From a virus, in IMG/VR virus record IMGVR_UViG_3300031788_000002, positions 32,001 through 96,000 of that record: 64,000 bases of DNA; one strand, written 5' to 3'. Positions 59,126 to 64,000 of this stretch are shown in pieces (within the stretch, counting starts at the first letter, position 1; every line of letters begins with the position of its first letter). The notes beneath the pieces were generated by a model. The model did no database searches. It saw only the letters and a program-made list of their open reading frames with translations, and was not told the origin of the DNA. The position numbers and the translations under genes are program-made.

Positions 59126-59575
59126 TCAACCAAGAAGGATTTTCTTCGCGTCTCTTGTGCCTTCGTTCGGCAAGGACTTTGCCAGGGTCAAGTTGGCGCT
59201 TTGCGCTCGAGCGCGAAGCAGCCCGGTTAGCAGGTTCTCACGCATGCTGCTGTAGGCGCGCGCCTCTTCTTCTTCCATCTCGGAGAACCGTCGGATGTTC
59301 TCGATGTGTACCGTGAGCGTAACCGGCGCGTTGGACAGGTCGAGAGGCAGCAATACCGGGTCGTAGGCCGCGTGGAGGATGCCCTGCGGGGTTGGAACAC
59401 GAATCGGTGCGCAGTGCAGCTCGAAGGCATCGTAGACGGTTGCAACGTCGCCGGCCTGGGCCTTGTGGTACCGGCACCCATCGCCAATGCGGCAAACCAG
59501 CCGACGGGTGCCCGAATCCACTACCGCCCAAACAGTTCCATCGTTGTTGCTGGGGGCTTCATTCTTGATTTCCAT
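59126..59575 (-). CDS. hypothetical protein (beta-rich with C-terminal helix)
   Basis: Start MEIKNE after AGGA. Confidence 0.6.
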   Translation of the reverse strand: MEIKNEAPSNNDGTVWAVVDSGTRRLVCRIGDGCRYHKAQAGDVATVYDAFELHCAPIRVPTPQGILHAAYDPVLLPLDLSNAPVTLTVHIENIRRFSEMEEEEARAYSSMRENLLTGLLRARAQSANLTLAKSLPNEGTRDAKKILLG

Positions 59576-61299
59576 GATGACGGGAATCCTACGAGGATCG
59601 GTTCGTACGGTCCGCCTTCCTCGGCAGGCCAGGACCGTAAGTGGCTTATCAGCTTTTTCGCCATGCCGATGCACTGGCCAACGTCGTCCACGATGCCCAA
59701 GAGCAGCGGCGTCTTTTTGTCAGGTTCTGGCCGCGTCGGGCGGCCTAGCAATTGTTGTAGACCTGGCTGTTGTGAAAACAGCGAGGAAAGGATGATGGTG
59801 TCAAGGCGCTGGCAGTCGTACCCTTCTTTGCCGTACTTGGTGATGGAGAAGATGACGTCGCGCTCAGCCACGAAGCGGTTGCGTACACCCGGGTCGACCT
59901 CGTACGTCAGCAGCCCTGCCTGGGTTGTGACCGCAAGCAAATCGTGGATGTATGCGCGTTGCCGTCGCTCGAGCTCATTTTGGAGCTTGCGGGCTACAGC
60001 AACTTGACGCTCAATTTGTTGCAGGCCCACGAGCTCCGCACGAAGGGTCTGCTGTTCGAGGGCCGTGATCCCCTTCGTGAGGCGCGCTTCAATGCACGCT
60101 TTGCGCCGCTGCATCTTCTTCAGGTCCTTGGGCGGCACTAGGAGGGGGCTCAACTGTTCCCCCACATCGGCGGGGGTAGGCAAGGGGATGTCCGTGTAAA
60201 GCGGGTGCCCCGGGCGCTCCCAGCACGACGTCAAGTTGACGACCTCATCAACGCTGTTCGAGAGCACCAAGACCACCCGTTTGTTTTGTCGCGCTTCGTG
60301 CACCAAGCGCAGGAGTAAATTGACGCGGGGTGGGCATTGCCCGAAGTAACTGCTGAGCTTTGAGAGATGTACCTCGCCGTTGACGTCAACTACTTTGGGC
60401 GCGACGGTGGGGTCCTTCATGTCGACACCTACGCCACTCCAGATGAAACTGAAGGTGGGTAGAAGCAGCGGCGTTAGATTCTTGTAAACGATGGGGCCTA
60501 CGTGTCCTTCAGAAAGAACGTGGCGTCCATCCGTGCGCTCGGGGGTTGCCGTCAACGAAATGCGCATGCCGTAGAACATGTCGGCGGTTTTGGAGAACAG
60601 GGGTGCTGGGCAATGGTGGCCTTCCTCAAAAAAGATAAGCCCGAACCATCGGCGTGCTTCTTCCGGAATGGTGTCCGCCCAGTTAGCGATGGAATGGTAC
60701 GTCGCAAGGACAATGCCGTGTTGCCATTCCTTTTTCCCCAGGGCGTAGACACCTACACCGCCCGGAACAACAAGACACGCGTTGATCTCTTTTTGCCACT
60801 GGTAGAGCAGCTGCGTGTTGTCCACCAGGATTAGTGCAGGTACACAGCGCCGGGCGATGAACTCAAGGGCAATAATCGTTTTTCCGCGGCCACATGTTAA
60901 TTGCAGTACACCACCTTGTGAACTCTCGAGCGCCTCAAGGCTTAGCCTTTGAATGTTGTTACCTGTGGGTACCAGAATCTTGTGGCCGCCCACCGTTTTC
61001 TCGATTTTGTGGTCGAGCTTTATACGGCTAGTAAAATTGATGGTGGGGTACTGACGCGGACGACAGTCAATGACAGGGCAGGGTAACCGCACGGGGTCCC
61101 AGAAAGCGCGAGGTATTAAAAGGTGAGCGGGCGCTTCCTTCCAGAGATAATCGATGCGCGTATGGCCTTCGGCACCATACGCGCTCGAACTCTCATACGT
61201 GAGCGCGCTCTTCACGCTGTTCACGTCAATGAGATACTTCGGGATCCAAAGGTAGCGGTCGAGGTACGCCTTGTCGGGATCCCGGCGAATGACTTTCAT
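59521..61299 (-). CDS. superfamily 2 helicase (UvsW/XPB-like)
   Basis: CGRGKT, EEGHH, LTATPER.DG, EGYD...LD, QLLGR..R. Confidence 0.88.
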   Translation of the reverse strand: MKVIRRDPDKAYLDRYLWIPKYLIDVNSVKSALTYESSSAYGAEGHTRIDYLWKEAPAHLLIPRAFWDPVRLPCPVIDCRPRQYPTINFTSRIKLDHKIEKTVGGHKILVPTGNNIQRLSLEALESSQGGVLQLTCGRGKTIIALEFIARRCVPALILVDNTQLLYQWQKEINACLVVPGGVGVYALGKKEWQHGIVLATYHSIANWADTIPEEARRWFGLIFFEEGHHCPAPLFSKTADMFYGMRISLTATPERTDGRHVLSEGHVGPIVYKNLTPLLLPTFSFIWSGVGVDMKDPTVAPKVVDVNGEVHLSKLSSYFGQCPPRVNLLLRLVHEARQNKRVVLVLSNSVDEVVNLTSCWERPGHPLYTDIPLPTPADVGEQLSPLLVPPKDLKKMQRRKACIEARLTKGITALEQQTLRAELVGLQQIERQVAVARKLQNELERRQRAYIHDLLAVTTQAGLLTYEVDPGVRNRFVAERDVIFSITKYGKEGYDCQRLDTIILSSLFSQQPGLQQLLGRPTRPEPDKKTPLLLGIVDDVGQCIGMAKKLISHLRSWPAEEGGPYEPILVGFPSSWKSRMKPPATTMELFGR

Positions 61300-62156
61300 G
61301 GGCGGTGGAAGTACGCCGTCCAGGGATAGTAATCTACGATATTCAGCGCGGTCATAAGCCCTCCCTTAATTGCACCCCGGCCTAGCGCAGCGGCAGCCAT
61401 GCGCCAAATATCTTGGGGTTTCACCGGCGGTGGTTCGGGTACGGTGAGAAACGAACCTGATTGAACGCCGGGTAGAATGTGGTTTTGTGGTGCGTATGCG
61501 GGGACGCTAGCGTTCTCCGGAGCGACGAGTTGTACCGGCATGTGCTGGGGCTGGCTCGCGAAGTAACTTCCGTGAACTGCGTAGGCTTGTTGTTGCTGTA
61601 CCGGGTACGCTTGCGTTTGGGTCCCTTGTTGTACAGGGCGTTGGTACATAGACTGCACCGGGTATTGGGGCTGCGCTTGGTAAGTTTGCTGTACTTGCGG
61701 TAGGGGTGCCGGCAGCCGTGTTTGATTCGCGAGCGCTTGCTGTAGCGAGCTCATCTGTTGAATGGGCGTCGGGTAGGTTTGCGACGTACCGGGCATCATC
61801 GCCGGTGGCATGACCGGGTGCGGCGTCGGCGTTGGCGCCACCGGTCGGGAAGGGATCATCCCTAGAATGGTCGGGCTCGTGTTGGGTTCAATCTGTTGAC
61901 GTACGGGTACATTCATAGACATTGCTTCCTGACAGCGACCATAAAAAGAACACGCCTCCCTTTGATGCGTTGCGCCTGACCAATAGCTTGTGTCATTGCC
62001 CCCCGCGCATTTAACGTTGTTTGGATCGTGCTTGACGCCAAAGCATAGGGGGCCAACCCAGCCGCAAGACGCGCACACGCTCTCTTCAGACCCGTTGGCA
62101 TTGCACGCCGTTTGAACCGTGTGTCGTCTGCAGCTTGGGCAGAGCGCGCTTTCCAT
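61296..62156 (-). CDS. Cys-rich N-terminus, Pro/Gln-rich low-complexity region and C-terminal helix; first gene of the replication block
   Basis: GAGGAGG RBS. Confidence 0.75.
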   Translation of the reverse strand: MESALCPSCRRHTVQTACNANGSEESVCASCGWVGPLCFGVKHDPNNVKCAGGNDTSYWSGATHQREACSFYGRCQEAMSMNVPVRQQIEPNTSPTILGMIPSRPVAPTPTPHPVMPPAMMPGTSQTYPTPIQQMSSLQQALANQTRLPAPLPQVQQTYQAQPQYPVQSMYQRPVQQGTQTQAYPVQQQQAYAVHGSYFASQPQHMPVQLVAPENASVPAYAPQNHILPGVQSGSFLTVPEPPPVKPQDIWRMAAAALGRGAIKGGLMTALNIVDYYPWTAYFHRP

Positions 62157-62195
62157 AAACCTCCTCGGGGGCTAGCGGGGCTTGCCTCCAGTTCT

Positions 62196-62246
62196 CTTAT
62201 GCCTGCGCTACCCGCTACTCTTTCGGCTATTACGGCGTGCTAGTTT
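62196..62246. promoter_or_regulatory. divergent promoter region
   Basis: Minus strand: GAAA-N17-GGCATAAG. Plus strand: TGC-TAGTTT extended -10 ahead of 62258. Confidence 0.5.
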
Positions 62247-62257
62247 GAGGGAGCGCT

Positions 62258-63694
62258 ATGCAAAAACTCAGTGGTATGATCCTGGACCCCTTCGACGATG
62301 CCGAAGGCCGCGTGATGCGCGCGCTCTATCCTCGTTATGAAGATGTACCCTCTTTTGTGAAAACCGCGATGACGGTTTCCCAAGAGGAACTTCAAGCTCT
62401 TCCCGACGATGTATTCGCCTTGGTGTTGCGCCAGGGGGATGTAACTCTTCGCAAGTATGCGTGTGTCGATACAGGGAATACCGCGTTGAACGTGGGGTAC
62501 TTCTTGGCCACTTTCGACAAACTCCCCGTCGAAGCAGTGAAGGTAGCGGCGCACAGTTTGATCACGGCGTGCGGCTGGTACGACATCGATCCGCCTGAAG
62601 CATTGAAGAAGCTGAGCACGGGGCTTTTGCCTACGGTGGGGCGCCAACGGGTGTGGAAGGACAGTGAGGGTACGCTGTACGGAAGCGATGGATCGAGCTG
62701 GGATCTTCAAAAGACGGCGGATGTTATCGGCACGATGGACATGCCCACGCAGGCGCCCATGGATAGCGTGGTGCGTAAAAAGCCGGCGCTGTCCGTCGCG
62801 AAGACAGCGGAAGAAGGCATCGCGCACCTGGTGGACACGGATAAGAAAACCGAAGGGGACGACGACACCGTACTCGAGCAGACGTTCGGGATTACTGCGA
62901 AGAATCCAGCCAAGGAGCCACAAGTTACGGCGGTGCTGCGCCCGCATGTGGACGTGACGGATAAAGAACCGCCGAAGCTGGTGAGCGAGAAGACCGCACG
63001 GTATTACGCGCTGCCCTATGCGCAGCGTTACCCTCTCGATACACATGCGCAGGTAAAAGCGGCGAGCGCGTACTTCGATGCGTATGTCCGCCTTATGGCT
63101 CCAGAGGATCGCCACACGTTCGCGGTCAATCTGGTGAAGCGCGCCGAGCCGCTTTCCATCGGTCTAAGCAAGACCGCTATGCAGTACGGGCAAACCGCGT
63201 ACGCACCGGCGGAACACATTGAAGCGTGCATCGAAGGGCGCGTTCAGCTGCTTCAGCCCCACGTGGATGGATTTACGGAGGCGGAGAAGACCGCGAGCCA
63301 GCATGCCATCGGTCTTTACCAGGAGCTGTTTCACAGCCGGGCGCTTTTAACTCCCCCGGTGTTTGCGCGGACGCTTTCGGATATCGATAAGCTGGCGGGT
63401 CTTGATGAATTTTGGGACCAAGACGTTGTCGACCCCTTCCTGTCCACGTTCTATAAGACCGCGGAACAAGATGATTCGAGCGATGCCCTCATCGTGGGTA
63501 ACGAATACATGCGCTTGACGGACTTGAAAGCCCTTGCGGCTAACAAACCCGCTACGTTGCGAAAGCGGTTCAGCGAAGAGCTTGTTACGGCGTTCCAGAA
63601 GGATCCGGTGGGTATCTTCGAATCGCTCCCCCTGGACCAACGCTTGGTTTTGATGCGCATCGCTAATGGTGCAACCGAAACGCGAATGGCGTAG
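62258..63694 (+). CDS. probable head-associated protein with repeated KTA motifs
   Basis: LPDDVFAL, RYPLDT..QV..A..YF; seven KTA. Confidence 0.7.
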   Translation: MQKLSGMILDPFDDAEGRVMRALYPRYEDVPSFVKTAMTVSQEELQALPDDVFALVLRQGDVTLRKYACVDTGNTALNVGYFLATFDKLPVEAVKVAAHSLITACGWYDIDPPEALKKLSTGLLPTVGRQRVWKDSEGTLYGSDGSSWDLQKTADVIGTMDMPTQAPMDSVVRKKPALSVAKTAEEGIAHLVDTDKKTEGDDDTVLEQTFGITAKNPAKEPQVTAVLRPHVDVTDKEPPKLVSEKTARYYALPYAQRYPLDTHAQVKAASAYFDAYVRLMAPEDRHTFAVNLVKRAEPLSIGLSKTAMQYGQTAYAPAEHIEACIEGRVQLLQPHVDGFTEAEKTASQHAIGLYQELFHSRALLTPPVFARTLSDIDKLAGLDEFWDQDVVDPFLSTFYKTAEQDDSSDALIVGNEYMRLTDLKALAANKPATLRKRFSEELVTAFQKDPVGIFESLPLDQRLVLMRIANGATETRMA

Positions 63695-63708
63695 GGTAAG
63701 GCCGATAC

Positions 63709-64000
63709 ATGCCGACCTTGCTCCGCCCCGACGATCCGGATATTCAGAAGCTCGAGCGGCTTGCGGTTAAAGGAACGAGTGAAGACGAAGCCAAGACGCT
63801 GGCGCAGCTTCTTCAAGAAGAACCCGAAGACAACGCCACGCAAGTCGCTGAGGTGCTCGAAACGCCAAGCACCAAAGTGGTTTCTTCGGCGGCTCCTTCA
63901 CCGACCACCATCAACCTGTTCCAACATCCGGACGCGCACCCCTATGTGCTCGACGTGGCCCTTCTTCGTCGCTATGGCCCGGCATGGATGGGTTGGGAAC
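63709..64000 (+). CDS. hypothetical protein, partial
   Basis: ATG at 63709, open to the window end; LFQHPDAHPYVLD..L...YG..W..WE. Confidence 0.7.
   Translation, partial: MPTLLRPDDPDIQKLERLAVKGTSEDEAKTLAQLLQEEPEDNATQVAEVLETPSTKVVSSAAPSPTTINLFQHPDAHPYVLDVALLRRYGPAWMGWE

Noticed and set aside
51060-61299. Inteins or introns in polA, the helicases or the primase
   Set aside because: The insertions are short and lack C/S...HN termini or homing endonuclease motifs; reading frames are continuous.
1-64000. Stop-codon reassignment, tRNA genes, integrase or att sites
   Set aside because: Long genes are intact in the standard code with TAA, TAG and TGA all used as stops; no cloverleaf or integrase was recognised.

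Overview
This window is an internal 64-kb segment of a large tailed dsDNA phage, most likely a myovirus. A cysteine-rich lipoprotein of myxobacterial style suggests a Myxococcota host (inference). No capsid, portal, terminase, sheath, integrase, tRNA, CRISPR array or reverse transcriptase is recognisable here. Layout: (1) 1-18.3 kb is an accessory region, mostly on the minus strand, with a GC-richer and mosaic-looking left end. It holds an orphan Panacea/DUF4065 antitoxin-like gene, a pentapeptide-repeat protein, two lipoproteins, small Zn-finger paralogs, a glycosyltransferase-like gene, a HAD nucleotidase, a lytic transglycosylase-like gene, an XRE regulator and an ATP-dependent DNA ligase. 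(2) 18.3-45.4 kb is a plus-strand virion block: a GH25/DUF1906-like hydrolase, baseplate wedge proteins, a collagen/LamG fibre, further fibre or decoration proteins, a GNAT-pyrophosphatase fusion and a papain-like peptidase. (3) 45.4-62.2 kb is a minus-strand replication/recombination block: RusA, Cas4-like nuclease, resolvase-like nuclease, RecA, HU-like, PolA, SSB-like, DnaG-type primase, DnaB-type helicase, UDG and SF2 helicase. (4) 62.2-64 kb starts a plus-strand block of probable head proteins. The strongest signals not shown by the ORF track are as follows. A complete -1 ribosomal frameshift cassette (G GGA AAA, 6-nt spacer, 7-bp hairpin, 60 extra codons, terminator) ends a Pro/Gln/Met-rich protein of the replication block. 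That protein is one of three with such low-complexity tracts, possibly a condensate-forming replication module. A free-standing small RNA has a sigma70 promoter, an anti-Shine-Dalgarno 5' end and its own terminator. Two separate promoter grammars recur: leaderless TAnnnT-N6-start, and GAAA-N15-17-GGYATAAS. A recurring K-T-A motif may mark proteolytically processed, head-packaged proteins. All functional calls come from motif recognition by eye, without database searches.
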